Below, one piece after another: positions 24,078 through 36,000 of a stretch of DNA of 57,643 bases. The stretch's first letter is position 1, and each line of letters opens with the position of its first letter. Under the pieces are notes generated by a model. The model searched no databases. It saw only the letters and a list, made by a program, of their open reading frames with translations, and was not told the origin of the DNA. The stretch comes from Bacteroidaceae bacterium. GTDB taxonomy: Bacteria; Bacteroidota; Bacteroidia; Bacteroidales; Bacteroidaceae. The stretch covers positions 1 through 57,643 of the forward strand of contig JAZPZS010000001.1 in NCBI GenBank assembly GCA_045544835.1, given 5' to 3'. Made by a program: the position numbers and the translations under genes.

Positions 24078-25349
24078 ATGAGAGTATTATTATTGGGCAG
24101 CGGCGGACGCGAACATGCCCTGGCTTGGAAGATCAGCCAAAGTCCGAAAATTGAGAAGTTATACATTGCCCCAGGCAATGCCGGCACGAGCGAAGTGGGT
24201 GAAAACGTAGCCCTCGCTGCAACAGACTTTGAAGGTATCAAAGCCTTCGTGCTTGCCCATGATATCAACATGGTAGTAGTTGGCCCCGAAGACCCATTGG
24301 TCAAGGGCATCTATGATTACTTCCGCGATGATGAGCAACTGCAAGGAATCCCCGTGATAGGTCCATCAAAGGCCGGTGCCACCCTCGAGGGAAGCAAGGA
24401 CTTTGCCAAAGCCTTCATGATGCGCCATGGCATCCCTACCGCACGCTACCAGACCTTCACACAAGAGACGTTGGACGAAGGCATTGCTTTCCTGCACACC
24501 CTTCAAGCACCTTATGTCCTGAAGGCCGATGGCCTATGCGCAGGCAAGGGTGTACTCATACTCCCCACCCTAGAGGAGGCTGAGAAGGAACTACGTGAGA
24601 TGCTGGGTGGTATGTTCGGCTCGGCATCGGCCAGCGTGGTCATCGAGGAGTTCCTCAGCGGTGTAGAATGCTCCGTATTCGTCCTCACCGATGGGAAGAA
24701 CTACAAGCTGTTGCCCGAAGCAAAAGACTACAAGCGCATTGGAGAGGGCGACACAGGCCTCAACACAGGCGGCATGGGTTCCATATCACCCGTTCCATTT
24801 GCTGACGCAGCCTGGATGCAGAAGGTAGAGGATCGCATTGTACGACCCACCGTAGAGGGATTGGCAGCTGAAGGCATCGACTACAAGGGCTTTATCTTCT
24901 TCGGTCTTATCAACGTAGAAGGTAACCCCATGGTAATCGAATATAACGTGCGCATGGGCGATCCCGAGACGGAGAGCGTGATGCTGCGCCTGAAGAGCGA
25001 TATCGTAGACCTCTTCGAAGGTGTAGCAGAAGGTAATCTCGGCGAACGCACCATAGAGTTTGATCCCCGAAGCGCAGTGTGTGTAATGCTCGTATCGGGC
25101 GGTTACCCTGGCGACTACAAGAAAGGATACCCCATTACAGGATTCGAAAAGGTAGAAGGCAGCTATCTCTTCCATGCCGGTACAACTCTTAAGGATGGTC
25201 AAGTAGTGACCAACGGTGGGCGCGTCATTGCCGTTAGCTCCTATGGCAACACCCAACTGGAAGCATTAGCCACCTCATTCAAGAATGCTCAAGCACTGCA
25301 CTTCACCGACATGTATTGCCGAAGCGATATAGGCAAGGATATTCTTTAG
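24078..25349 (+). CDS. purD: Phosphoribosylamine--glycine ligase
   Basis: The start is set at [19 protein letters not shown], the canonical PurD N-terminus. An ATP-grasp core is present. A TAACTTTG box lies at 23950-23957. Confidence 0.95.
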   Translation: MRVLLLGSGGREHALAWKISQSPKIEKLYIAPGNAGTSEVGENVALAATDFEGIKAFVLAHDINMVVVGPEDPLVKGIYDYFRDDEQLQGIPVIGPSKAGATLEGSKDFAKAFMMRHGIPTARYQTFTQETLDEGIAFLHTLQAPYVLKADGLCAGKGVLILPTLEEAEKELREMLGGMFGSASASVVIEEFLSGVECSVFVLTDGKNYKLLPEAKDYKRIGEGDTGLNTGGMGSISPVPFADAAWMQKVEDRIVRPTVEGLAAEGIDYKGFIFFGLINVEGNPMVIEYNVRMGDPETESVMLRLKSDIVDLFEGVAEGNLGERTIEFDPRSAVCVMLVSGGYPGDYKKGYPITGFEKVEGSYLFHAGTTLKDGQVVTNGGRVIAVSSYGNTQLEALATSFKNAQALHFTDMYCRSDIGKDIL

Positions 25350-25359
25350 AAGCTTCTTA

Positions 25360-26310
25360 ATGAAGAAATTCGCCCATTTCATAGTACATAACAGCATGGC
25401 GGCATACCTTGCCGCCCTGCTCTGTTTTTGTAGTTGGGCAATACAAAGCTTTACAAACGGCCATTCAGCTATAGGCATGCTGACCACCTTTGTCATATAT
25501 GGGGGGATGAGTATTCTCACCGTACGGACGAATGACATTTATGGGCGAGGTGCCTCTCGCACCACACTTCCTGCCACATTCTTCCTATTGGCTTGTTCCC
25601 TTCTCCCCACTTTGGCTACTCACCTTGTCCACGCAGTGCTATTCTGTATCCTCGCTTGTGCCTTCTACCTATTACTGTCAACCTACCGCAACAGACAAGC
25701 CATGGGAAGGTACTTTCTGGCCTTTGCACTCATCGGATGCGTTGCTCTCAACATCCCCCAACTGCTATGGGCCACTCCCCTACTCCTGCTTAGCTGTAGA
25801 GTACTTCAATCGCTGCACATACGAACCTGCTGCGCAGCGCTCTTGGGGCTCCTCCTCCCTTTCTGGATAGCATTTGCCGTACTTTATCTCACGGACCAGA
25901 CAGGAGAGATTCCTCTATACGCGAACAAACTGCTTCATCACGGGACCTCTCTTGCAACAGAGTCATCCACGCCTCTTTGGCAACATCCGTTCATGTCCTT
26001 TGCCTGGCTACTTCTTCTGTTCCTACCAGGCAGCGTCAATGTATTCAGCAACAAAAGCCTTACACAACAAAGCCGTGGCAGTCACTATTTCATCATGGCT
26101 GCTACAAGCAGTATACTGCTGCTCGTAGGTATATACCCCACGCTATACCAATCATTTTATCCTATATTGGTACTCATGGTAGCCCTTATCGGAAGTACAC
26201 TTTTCGCCAATCACCTCACACGCGGTAAACGTATTTACTTGTTGGTTGTTATTGTGATGTGGATTCTCCTTATCAGCAGTAAGCTATGGATGCCCTATTT
26301 GACATACTAA
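25360..26310 (+). CDS. Polytopic integral membrane protein of unknown function
   Basis: 316 aa with about 9 hydrophobic helices. I recognise no motif. Confidence 0.6.
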   Translation: MKKFAHFIVHNSMAAYLAALLCFCSWAIQSFTNGHSAIGMLTTFVIYGGMSILTVRTNDIYGRGASRTTLPATFFLLACSLLPTLATHLVHAVLFCILACAFYLLLSTYRNRQAMGRYFLAFALIGCVALNIPQLLWATPLLLLSCRVLQSLHIRTCCAALLGLLLPFWIAFAVLYLTDQTGEIPLYANKLLHHGTSLATESSTPLWQHPFMSFAWLLLLFLPGSVNVFSNKSLTQQSRGSHYFIMAATSSILLLVGIYPTLYQSFYPILVLMVALIGSTLFANHLTRGKRIYLLVVIVMWILLISSKLWMPYLTY

Positions 26311-26750
26311 TCAATTACGGTACCTGGGGTATGTTTATTGCCGCTTTTCTTGCCGGCAGCATACTTCCCTTCAGCAGTGAGGCAGTCATGATAGCCCTCC
26401 TTGCCATTGGCATCAGCCCATGGGAACTGTTGTTCTATGCCGCCATAGGCAACTCACTTGGCGGCATCAGCTGCTATTGCATAGGAAGACTCACCACGCC
26501 TGAGCGTGTGCAACGCCTATTCCGCATCAAGCCTAAATATATGGAACGTGCCCATAAGCTGGTTTCGCGTTGGGGAGCTCTGATGGGCCTCTTCTGTTGG
26601 CTGCCCTTTCTTGGCGATGCCATCCTCGTCACATTGGGCATCATGCGTTCCAATGCCCTTACCACCAATATCATGATGATACTGGGGCGCACGTTGCGCT
26701 ATGCGACTGTACTGCTCGCCGCACTCGGAGCTGGCCAACTACTCACTTGA
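26286..26750 (+). CDS. YqaA/DedA-related small membrane protein
   Basis: 154 aa. The motif 'FIAAFLAGSILPFSSEAVMIALLA' is typical of the YqaA (VTT-domain) family. Confidence 0.7.
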   Translation: MDALFDILINYGTWGMFIAAFLAGSILPFSSEAVMIALLAIGISPWELLFYAAIGNSLGGISCYCIGRLTTPERVQRLFRIKPKYMERAHKLVSRWGALMGLFCWLPFLGDAILVTLGIMRSNALTTNIMMILGRTLRYATVLLAALGAGQLLT

Positions 26751-29544
26751 CCACTACCTTGCTCCCTTTATGGATATAGATACCTCTCTGTAACTGCCCC
26801 TCCTCAACTGAAGCCGCATTATCAAGAACACGACGACCGTCGAGAGAGAACACCGTAGAGGCAGAAGACCTATCACCCTCATTTGTCATTACGGAAGTAT
26901 TACCCTCTTCTATAGAAACCGTCAGTGGATTGGAAATAGCATTGGCAATACTCGTAGTTCCACTATATAACGCCCTGAATGTATAGGTTCCCACCACAGG
27001 TTGCTTAACGGTGTAGACTGCAGTCCCCTCAGCATCAAGCGCCATCGTTCCTATAATGTGTCCATCACAATGAAGCTGGATATAACCTTCATTCGCTCCA
27101 CTGACACTAATCCTCAAGTCAAATGACTTATCTGCTTGGGGAGTCCCAACCGTATCAATAGTCACAGTAGCCTCCTCGGCACGCTCTACCGCGCTCACAC
27201 GGTAAAGGCCGCTGGCATGCGCATTCAAGGTATCAGCAAACTCGCTGCCGCGGAATGTGCCTAATAAGGTATTACTCCACATCTCCGTAATAGAACAAGA
27301 TTGTCCCTCTGCAAATCCCAGTTCAGCAAGGTCAAGTGGCATCACGCTAAATCCATCAGGAGCAGGGTCTTCGGTAAACACTCGGAACTCCATGGTAACA
27401 TTGCTTCCCGAAGGAGCATTCTTCACCTCGTCATCATAACCCACAACGGATTTAAAGGCTACGTACTTGTGTCCTTTGGGAAGGGTGAATGTCAACATCG
27501 ATGGTGCATTCGTTCCATATCCCTTTGCATATGTAGTACCCTTCACCCTGATAGCATTGCCATCGTTGCTAAGGTTCTTGCGTGGAGTGTTCCATCCGTT
27601 AATCGGGTTGGCGTCCCATGTGAGCACATCGCCTAAAGGCACTTCGTTGCCAGCAGTGTCTATCAACACAGGATTAGCCCAGTCTGCGTGGTCGTATCCC
27701 AAGCCATCACCTCCGTTTGTCACCACAAGATACAACTTATCGGCATCGGCTATGTCGGCTACTAACGTCTGTCCATTGTTTTTCTCATTCGTACGGCTGA
27801 CGAAACCACTTGTTGCCACCTGCTTACACGGATCTACACGCAACACTTTGGAACCTGCATTCCAATCAGTAGTTTCCTCACGAAAGGTAGCATCCTCCGT
27901 GAAGACCATGAATTCCACAGACGACTTACTGCCTTGGCTAGTACCCGTCACATCCAGTCCAGCCTTTGCAGTAAACCGGATTGTATTTTCAGGTATCTCA
28001 AACAAAAGGATAGAATTAGCATGTGTAGCAATTCCCTTCTTATAGGTAGTCCCGTCAATTGACAACATCCCTCCATTGAGGTTTTTGTTTGTAGCGATTG
28101 CTCCCCACCCACATGTTCCTCGGACGTAAGAGAGAGTGGTCAAATCTATCACGCTGCTGTCACTAAGCAATAGTTCAGGCTGAATCCAGTCGGCATGGTC
28201 ACAGTCATATCCGTCACCACCATCCGTCACTACAAGAGCCAACTGAGTGGTTCCTTCAGGAATATCCACAGCTACATCGGTAGCATACCCCGTAGTCAAG
28301 TATGATATGGTACCGCTACGATAAAGTACATTCTTCGGATTTACAAATTCCGATCCTCCTGCGTTGAAGAGTGCCACGAACTTATCGCCATTGGCAGGGT
28401 CATCTGCTGTCCATACGATACGGCTATCGCTACGGCTCAACTGCCGGTTACCTGTAGAGTAGCTATGCATATACAGCACCTCGCGATTGGTGAGCAGCTT
28501 GTTTTCCTCCTCTCTATTCTGTGGCAAATGTCCGCCATACATCAAGGGAGACTTGAATATGGTCCACAGATTCATCATGGTGTATTTCTCGTCCTCGGTA
28601 AAGTTGCTCCACCGCTCTGCACCACGCTCACCACGTATGCTTATACGCCCTAAAGGAAGCATGTCTGCATCGGGCCATGTACCTGGAGCAATGTATGGTG
28701 CCCATTTGGCACACACTTGGAACTGATAGTTCAATTGGCTCCAATTGTCCCAAAAGTCATCGACCGTACGCCACATGTTAGCATGAGCATGCACATGCTC
28801 CACCCGATCCAAGGGTGTCTCGCCTGGCGATATACTAAGCACAATGGGACGTCCGCAGTTATCAATCGCCTTGCGTATCATCTCAATCTCAGCCGTATGG
28901 TAAGGACGGGCAATATCGTCAATCTTAATAAAGTCGACACCCCACTCGGCATAAAGTTCAAAGATGGAGTTGTAATACTCCTGTGCACCTGGTTTGGAGT
29001 AGTCGACCTTATAGTTATCGCGCAACCACGTACATGCCGAGTCATTATTGGCAATCATGTCACAGGTTATACCGTCAGTACCTTTCACAGGCAGTTTCTT
29101 CTCAGCAGCTATCTTGGGAAGGCCGCGCATGATATGGATACCGAACTTCAAGCCCTTTTCATGCACATAGTCGGCCAATGCCTTGAAGCCCACTCCATTG
29201 GCAGCCGAGGGGAAACGATTCAGAGCCGGTGTATATCGTCCATACTCATCGTACACATAGATAGGATTTGTCTGGTTATATCCGCCTGCCTTGTCATTCT
29301 CAACGAACCAACGAATATCTACCACCACATACTCCCAACCATATTCAGCCAAATGCTCGGCCATATAATCAGCATTGGCCTTCACCTCACTTTCCACCAC
29401 CGTAGGACCGAAGCAATCCCAAGAGTTCCATCCCATCGGTGGAGTCAACGCCCACGTCTGAAACTGAAGTTCCTTTCCATTCTGTGCCAACATCTGCGAC
29501 ATCGACACCATCAACACAGCCAGTGCTACCAATACTTTTTTCAT
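26743..29544 (-). CDS. GH27 alpha-galactosidase-like enzyme with two NPCBM-like modules and T9SS CTD
   Basis: A signal peptide is present. The GH27 signature is 'PPMGWNSWDCFG' with 'VDFIKIDDI'. Two modules carry 'GGDGYDCDHADWIQPEL' and 'GGDGLGYDHADWANPVL' (NPCBM-like). The C-terminus 'VFSLDGRRVLD...RGIYIHKGSKVVVK' fits a T9SS CTD. Confidence 0.85.
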   Translation of the reverse strand: MKKVLVALAVLMVSMSQMLAQNGKELQFQTWALTPPMGWNSWDCFGPTVVESEVKANADYMAEHLAEYGWEYVVVDIRWFVENDKAGGYNQTNPIYVYDEYGRYTPALNRFPSAANGVGFKALADYVHEKGLKFGIHIMRGLPKIAAEKKLPVKGTDGITCDMIANNDSACTWLRDNYKVDYSKPGAQEYYNSIFELYAEWGVDFIKIDDIARPYHTAEIEMIRKAIDNCGRPIVLSISPGETPLDRVEHVHAHANMWRTVDDFWDNWSQLNYQFQVCAKWAPYIAPGTWPDADMLPLGRISIRGERGAERWSNFTEDEKYTMMNLWTIFKSPLMYGGHLPQNREEENKLLTNREVLYMHSYSTGNRQLSRSDSRIVWTADDPANGDKFVALFNAGGSEFVNPKNVLYRSGTISYLTTGYATDVAVDIPEGTTQLALVVTDGGDGYDCDHADWIQPELLLSDSSVIDLTTLSYVRGTCGWGAIATNKNLNGGMLSIDGTTYKKGIATHANSILLFEIPENTIRFTAKAGLDVTGTSQGSKSSVEFMVFTEDATFREETTDWNAGSKVLRVDPCKQVATSGFVSRTNEKNNGQTLVADIADADKLYLVVTNGGDGLGYDHADWANPVLIDTAGNEVPLGDVLTWDANPINGWNTPRKNLSNDGNAIRVKGTTYAKGYGTNAPSMLTFTLPKGHKYVAFKSVVGYDDEVKNAPSGSNVTMEFRVFTEDPAPDGFSVMPLDLAELGFAEGQSCSITEMWSNTLLGTFRGSEFADTLNAHASGLYRVSAVERAEEATVTIDTVGTPQADKSFDLRISVSGANEGYIQLHCDGHIIGTMALDAEGTAVYTVKQPVVGTYTFRALYSGTTSIANAISNPLTVSIEEGNTSVMTNEGDRSSASTVFSLDGRRVLDNAASVEEGQLQRGIYIHKGSKVVVK

Positions 29545-29573
29545 ATAGATACTTATGTTCTTTGTTTTCGGTA

Positions 29574-29581
29574 CAAAAATA
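29574..29581 (-). promoter_or_regulatory. -7 box TATTTTTG for the GH27 gene
   Basis: The plus strand reads caaaaata, 30 nt upstream of the ATG at 29544. Confidence 0.5.
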
Positions 29582-29604
29582 CATTTTTCCGATGAAAAAA
29601 CTTT

Positions 29605-29931
29605 GAATCTGTTTTAAATTTATCGCTAATATGTTTTTAGAATCTGCTTTTACCTTCAGTGAAGTTGCTGCACTCGACAGAGCCTGCAAGCAGTCTTTGT
29701 TCTCGCTTAATCGCAACTTTCGGTTTATCTGAGGTTCTTTTTGGCATCTTTGCACTCTCAATTCTTGCAAATAGGCCACTATTTATCTTTAATGAGGATA
29801 GGCTGTACTCGCTGAGCATTGTAAGCGAGCTTACATGCGCTCGTTGGCACTATCCTTGCTGCGCCTTGACAGCGCAAATATACACAAAAAACACCTCTCA
29901 GCTAAACTCGAAATAATTTTAAAACAGATTC
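29605..29931. repeat. 327-bp cassette bounded by 19-bp inverted repeats (18/19 match)
   Basis: The left IR is GAATCTGTTTTAAATTTAT (29605-29623). The reverse complement of the right IR (29913-29931) is GAATCTGTTTTAAAATTAT. An internal minus-strand TATATTTG lies at 29875-29882. Confidence 0.7.
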
Positions 29932-29962
29932 TTAAAGATTCACATTTTTATTGCAAATACAT

Positions 29963-29994
29963 AAAAAAGAGAGGGGTGCGCGTGCACCCCTCTC
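29963..29994 (-). terminator. Rho-independent terminator of giant gene 1
   Basis: An 11-bp GC-rich stem GAGAGGGGTGC/GCACCCCTCTC has a 4-nt loop and is followed on the minus strand by TTTTTT. It lies 49 nt after the stop. Confidence 0.8.
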
Positions 29995-30042
29995 ACTATA
30001 GACTAGCAAATCCGTTTAGAAACGGTTTGCTCCATTCTCCAC

Positions 30043-33000
30043 TCACTTAACCAAAACTTTCTTTCCGTTGATGATGTAGATACCTCTTTCGAGAGTCTTC
30101 ACATCACCCTGAACAGCCTTACCAGTGATGGTGTAGATTACAGCGTTCTCAACAGCCTCGATAGCCTCAATGCCGTCAACGATGTTCACGGTAATCACAC
30201 ATTCAGCCTTCACGCCGTTTGCAGCGGTAGCTGTGATGGTAGCAGTACCATTAGCAACAGCTGTTACCAAACCGTTAGCATCTACAGTAGCCACCTTCTC
30301 ATCAGAAGAGGTCCATGTGATAGCCTTATCGGTAGCATTCTCAGGAGCTACAGTAGCAGTGAGCTGTACGGTAGCACCAGCCTCGGTAAGCTCAGCCTCA
30401 GTCTTGTCGAGAGTTACGGTAGCAACCTCTACAACAGAAGCCTCATACTTCTCACCTGCAACGAGGTAAGCTACAGCGTTAACGAAGAGAGCCTTACCAG
30501 CCTCGGTCAGATAACCTTCGGGTTGTGCACCATCCACAGGGATGATGAGCCAGCCCATATCGCCTACCCAAGCCTCACCGATACAATCAGCACCGTTAGC
30601 AGTACCGAGAGTAGTCTGAGCAAGCTTTTCATCAGCGAATGTACCATTCTGTTGGAGGTAGCGACCAGTTTCCTTAGCCATATCATTGAATACGGTGATT
30701 GTATCACCTGCGATACCACCAAAGATAGGATGCTCAGCAACAGTCTTCACCAAGAAGCGTGAAGGATTGTCAGCTGTACCAGGGTTATCTCCGTTGGTAC
30801 CATAGTGCTTGTACCAGAATGACTTGGTAGAGAGTACGGGAACCTTGCCTACCAACAGGTTAGCAGTCTTAGCCAAATTAGTTCCAGAACCAGTATTACC
30901 TGCTACTACTACTACATCATACTTACCTACGAAGTCATTAGCCACAATCTCTTCAGTCAAGCTAACGTCATCGTAGTTGAGTGCTGTAACATTGTAGTCT
31001 GCTGCTACGAGGGCATTGTAGATAGCCTCAGTTGATTCAGTAGCACCGCAGAGGTAAGCTACATCAATCTTATCTTCTACGCCCAAGCAGTGGAGCTGGA
31101 AGTTATCAGCCTTGAACCAGTCATTGTTTACAGTAGCCACCTTAACGAGGAAGTCACCACCTTCGTGAGCAACGCTGTCAACAACTACTACACTACCTGT
31201 GCCCTTACCTCCCTGGCAGAGATGCTCGATAGTCTTATTGCCTGCAGTAATATTGAGCAGAATGTCATCAGAAGCCACAACCACGCTCAGTGCATAAGTA
31301 CCTGCGGGGAGCTCCTTCACTGTCTGCTGTACATAGATACCTGTACCGTACCATGTATTAAACAGGTAGTCACCATCACAGCCTGCCATAGTATATGTAC
31401 CGTCAGTATTGGGCTTCACGCCAGTATCGTTGGCCTTATTAGCCTCCCAACCAGTGAGGTCGCCAGTTTCGAACGACGGGTTAACAAGCATGAATGTAGC
31501 ATCGAACTTGTAGCCCTCATTAGCAATAGCATTGGTTACATATGCGAGATATGCAGCCTTAATGTCAGCAACAGCAGTCTCAAGAGCCTCTATGGTAGCG
31601 ATGTTATAGCCAGCATAGTTGCTGTTTTCGAGAGCCATCTCCATTGCCATACGTACCTCATCAGTTGCAGCGACAGAGTTGTCAGCAGCATTCCAGAAGA
31701 GATTCTTTATTACATTGTACTCGTCACCTACAACATATGCCTCCAATACAGCAGCCTCAGCCTTATCCATCTCAGCCATCATAGAATCGAGCAATGCCAT
31801 GTCGGTTACATTGTCGATGGTGTCCTTGATAGCCATAGCGGCATCCATTACCGGCCAGAAGTAGGTATTATTGATACCGTTCCAAGCATAGCCGAGCTGC
31901 TCCTGAGAGAATACCTCCATTGCTGTATATCTCTCAACGAATGCAGCTTTTCGGATATCAGCAGGAACATCACCCGTGTAGGCCAACTCGATATTGGTGA
32001 TACCAACCCAAGTAGCGCCCTCGATGTTGAGGCCGAAGGTCATCTTGCCATTCTTTACCAATACACTGTCGATTACAGGCTGCACATACATACCTGTCTT
32101 CTCAACAACAACAGCTTCAGTGTTAGCAACAAATGAGGTTGCACCATCGGTAAAGGCATAAGCCGATACGGTATAGTAACCGTTGGGCAGAGTAGCCTCG
32201 TAGGTCAAGGTACCAGTGAAGTTCGCACCATTGTTCCAAGCCTCGATGTAACCGTTCTTCTTCAGCGTCTCTGTGTTCTTATTGTCAGAGTTCTGGTACT
32301 GATAGTTGCGATTAAAGTTGCTATCGAATGCTTTCACCCAACCGTTGGTAGAGTTACCAACACCCTCTACGAGGAAGGTATAGTCGAATGAGAAGTCCTT
32401 GTTAGGAATAGCATTCACAACATACTGACGACGTGCATACTCCAAAGTATCGGCGAGAGCCTGAAGAGCAGCCAAGTCAGTAATACCTGCCACATTGTAG
32501 GTCAAGCTTACCACATCCTCGAATGCTGCTGCAGCCTCGGGAGTCTTAGCTGTAGAGTTATCCTGGATATCATAGCAAGCGAACTTAGCGGGAGTGAATA
32601 CATCATTGAAGAATACTTCAATAGCCTTCACCTCAGCAGCCAACGCAACCATAGCGGGGATAAGCTCGTTCATCTCTACGATAGAAGCATTGTCAATATC
32701 TTGTGCGATAGCCCAAGACTTGTCAGACAACTCCATGTAGCGAGCGTTAACACCGCTCAGTGAATACAACGACATGCTAGAACCAGCAAGCATATCATAG
32801 TCGTTCTTCACTTCCATGAAACGATCCTTGATAGTATATTTCTTCTCGAGTTTCATCGAACCAAGACCCATCCAAGAACGCATCTCGTCGAAATCGCATT
32901 CATAACCGATACTCAGAGTTGTTTCCTCAGCAAGAGTGAACTCAAGTACGTTAGTGTAGAGGTCATTGGTATAGAATGCAGTAGCACCTTCTTCAGCGCT

Positions 33001-36000
33001 ATTAGCGTATGCGCTCAAACCTTCTACACTACCCAAGGTCTTTACAAGAACCTTATTTTCACCAGCAACCATATAGCCAAGAGACTTAGTCGGATTAGTG
33101 CTGTAGGCTTCACCTTGACGGAAGAATGCCTTACCAGTCAAACGATATTCGCCTGCAGGAAGTGTAACATCCTGCTTGAGACTTGCAGCTGTAGGAGTTT
33201 CCAATGAACCCCAACCGGCATAGAATGCCAAGAACTTGCACTTTTCTGCAAAATGGTCATCAACACCTGCGCCTGTCCAACCAGTTTCAGAAGAGAGGTC
33301 ACCATTTACTATACGCTCAGCGGTGATGTCAATCCACTCAGCAGCAGGCTCTGCACCATAGAACAGAACCTCTACATTGTCGAGACCCATCCAGTTGGCG
33401 GTAGTGTTAACACCTACGAGACCGATGGTAAGCACACCGTCAGTAACGATAGTCTCTACGGTTACTCTTTCGGGCACTTCATTAGGAGTAGCCACAGCCA
33501 AAGAGTCACCATTAGCTACCCAATAAGCTCCTGTGGTATAACCCTCTGGATCTTCATTGTACTGAGCAGTAGCCATCACGTCAGCAGACACACGGTAGAT
33601 ACCGTTAGGCATATCCAAGAGAGCCTGTACGGTAGCAGTGTTGCCAAGACCTGTTCCTGCGTTCCAACGTTCCTGGAACTTGTTCAACTCGGCACCTTCA
33701 CCAGTATAAACATTATTGCTTTGGAACTGCCATCCTGAAGCAGCTGTCCAACCATTGATAGTACCATTAGCCATATCAGGGTTGGTTACAAACTGCGTGA
33801 AAGCTACAGGAGCTGTCAAGCTTGCAGCAGGTGCAGTTGCATTGATGGCCACACTACGCTCTGCACGAGCGATAGCTGCCTCAAGCGGAGCAACAACTGC
33901 CACGAGAGTTTCTTGAGTAGGAGTCGCAAGAGCAGCCTCAGCAACAGCTACAGCTGCATCAAGCTCAGTCTTAGCGGCTTCCGCATAGGTAGCCTCTACG
34001 GCCTTAGCGGTAGCTACAAGAACAGTCACTGCATCAATATACTCTTGCAACTTGGCTAGCTCGATTTCTTCAACGGTAGCAGTACCATAGTAAGTCAAGC
34101 GGAAGTTGTCGAATACCAACCAGTCAGCCGATGCACCCGTATTGTTGGCCACACCAATTACAGCAGTGCCATCAGTTACGGTAAAGTAAAGCTCATGCTC
34201 ATAGTAACCTGCGTTGAAGAACTTAGATGCATGATTTCTGTTGTTAGGAGCAGTACCGTAAGTACCATAAGCATCACCTACGCCATCAAGCTTACCAGCC
34301 TCATCCATAACACTCATTACCAATACACTATCGGTATTAGCGAAGAACTTCACATCGTAAACCTCTGTACCTGCATCGCGAAGAGCCACTGCTGCATCAA
34401 CACCACCCATTCGGTACAGACCCTGAGCCTGAAGCTTATAGGTACCATTGGGCAGGCCTGTCAAGGTCTGGGTCACGGTAGAGATACCTGCATTCCACTT
34501 CTCTGCACAGAAGTTGTCGTTATCGCCAGCTACCGAAGGACCACCTGTCCAAGCAGAAATGGCCTGGTCGTTACGTCCGAAGTTTGCACAAGTGATCAGT
34601 GCTGTTACATGATAAGGTGTAGTAGCGTCGGCTGCAACCATATCGGCTACGATAGACTCCTTGGTGAGCAACTGCCAGTAGCTGCCATCGTTAACCTCAG
34701 CAGCAGTAACAACAACATTACCGCCATCATAGCCTACGTATGCACCATCCTTGGCAATGGTATAGATACCCTCACCTACCTCATCAAACACGAAATCTTT
34801 CTTTGCCTGGTCCACATAGAGGCCATCGCCCAAGTAGCTACCATAAGTAGACTTCAAACCGTAGACATTACCGCTACCCTCAGCGACAAATGCTACAGCA
34901 TCCTCACCGAACGAAGCACGTGTACCCCAATCGTTTCCACCCTTCAAGAAGGCATTAGACTTTACATTATATAAATAATAGGTAACACCGTTCTCGATAG
35001 CAGCACCTACCCAAGGAGACTCTACGGTAACGGGAGTTTTTAATGTAACCTCGCTCCAATCAACAACGGTCAACTGCTTGTTGCCCTTATATTCGCCAAG
35101 TGTAGCAGTAATCTTACCGCTCAGCCAGCCGCCTACAGCATAGTCTGCAGGAATGTTGTAGTCATAAACTGCCAATGTATCAACACCATCGGTGATAGAC
35201 ATATTGTTGCCACTCAGATAGGTAATCTTAGCCTTATTGACGTTCAAGTCCACTACATTACCTACTTCAAATGCCAACAACTCGGCAATAGTGTTGAACG
35301 AAGGATTAGACGGAGCCACAGGAGCTACGGTAACCTCGCCAGCCTTAAAGAGGTAAACGGGTTTCTGAACACTTGTGTAAGCGCAGAAGCGGGGGCTTGA
35401 AGCATTGTACTGAAGTACGCGCTCGGTAGTCACAGCATGTGTAATCACTGCATTGTGACCATACTGGTTGAACCCGATAGTCCATGCTGAACCCTCTGCA
35501 TCGTTAACCAAGTAGTTTCCACTAGCCCAATGTAGATAGGCACCGTTCAACTCATCCTTGAATTTCCAAGCGCCAGCTTCGCCTTCCAATGTGAGAGCAT
35601 AAGCTACACCTTCAAATTTAGCAGGAGCCTCAGCAATAGCAGTTGCTACTACAGTCTCTACAGTATAGTTCTCGCTTATAGTCAATGTATCTGAGGGCAC
35701 ACGAATCTTATCGCTCTGGTCAGACAGAGCTACCCAACCGCCGTCAACCTCAGCCATGATGAGGTACTTGCCACCAGCAACGAGGTCAGCCTCATTCTGC
35801 ACCATAGTATATACTACAGGATCGGCAGGAGTCTCAGGCTCAACGGGAGTTTCCTCAGCAGCCTGACGTACAATCACGAACTTGGTGATGAAGAGATTGG
35901 TTCCACCATCATTACGTGTCAACGTAATCGTCTTGCTACCGGCAGCCTCAGCGGGAACGAGGTAACCATGAGTGTTAGGCTCTGCACCATCATCATCATA

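Noticed and set aside
29605-29931. Interpreting the IR-flanked cassette as a confirmed phase-variable ON/OFF promoter of the GH27 gene.
   Set aside because: A canonical -7 box lies outside the cassette next to the gene, no invertase is in the window, and a single assembly gives only one orientation. I kept it as a hypothesis only (see findings).
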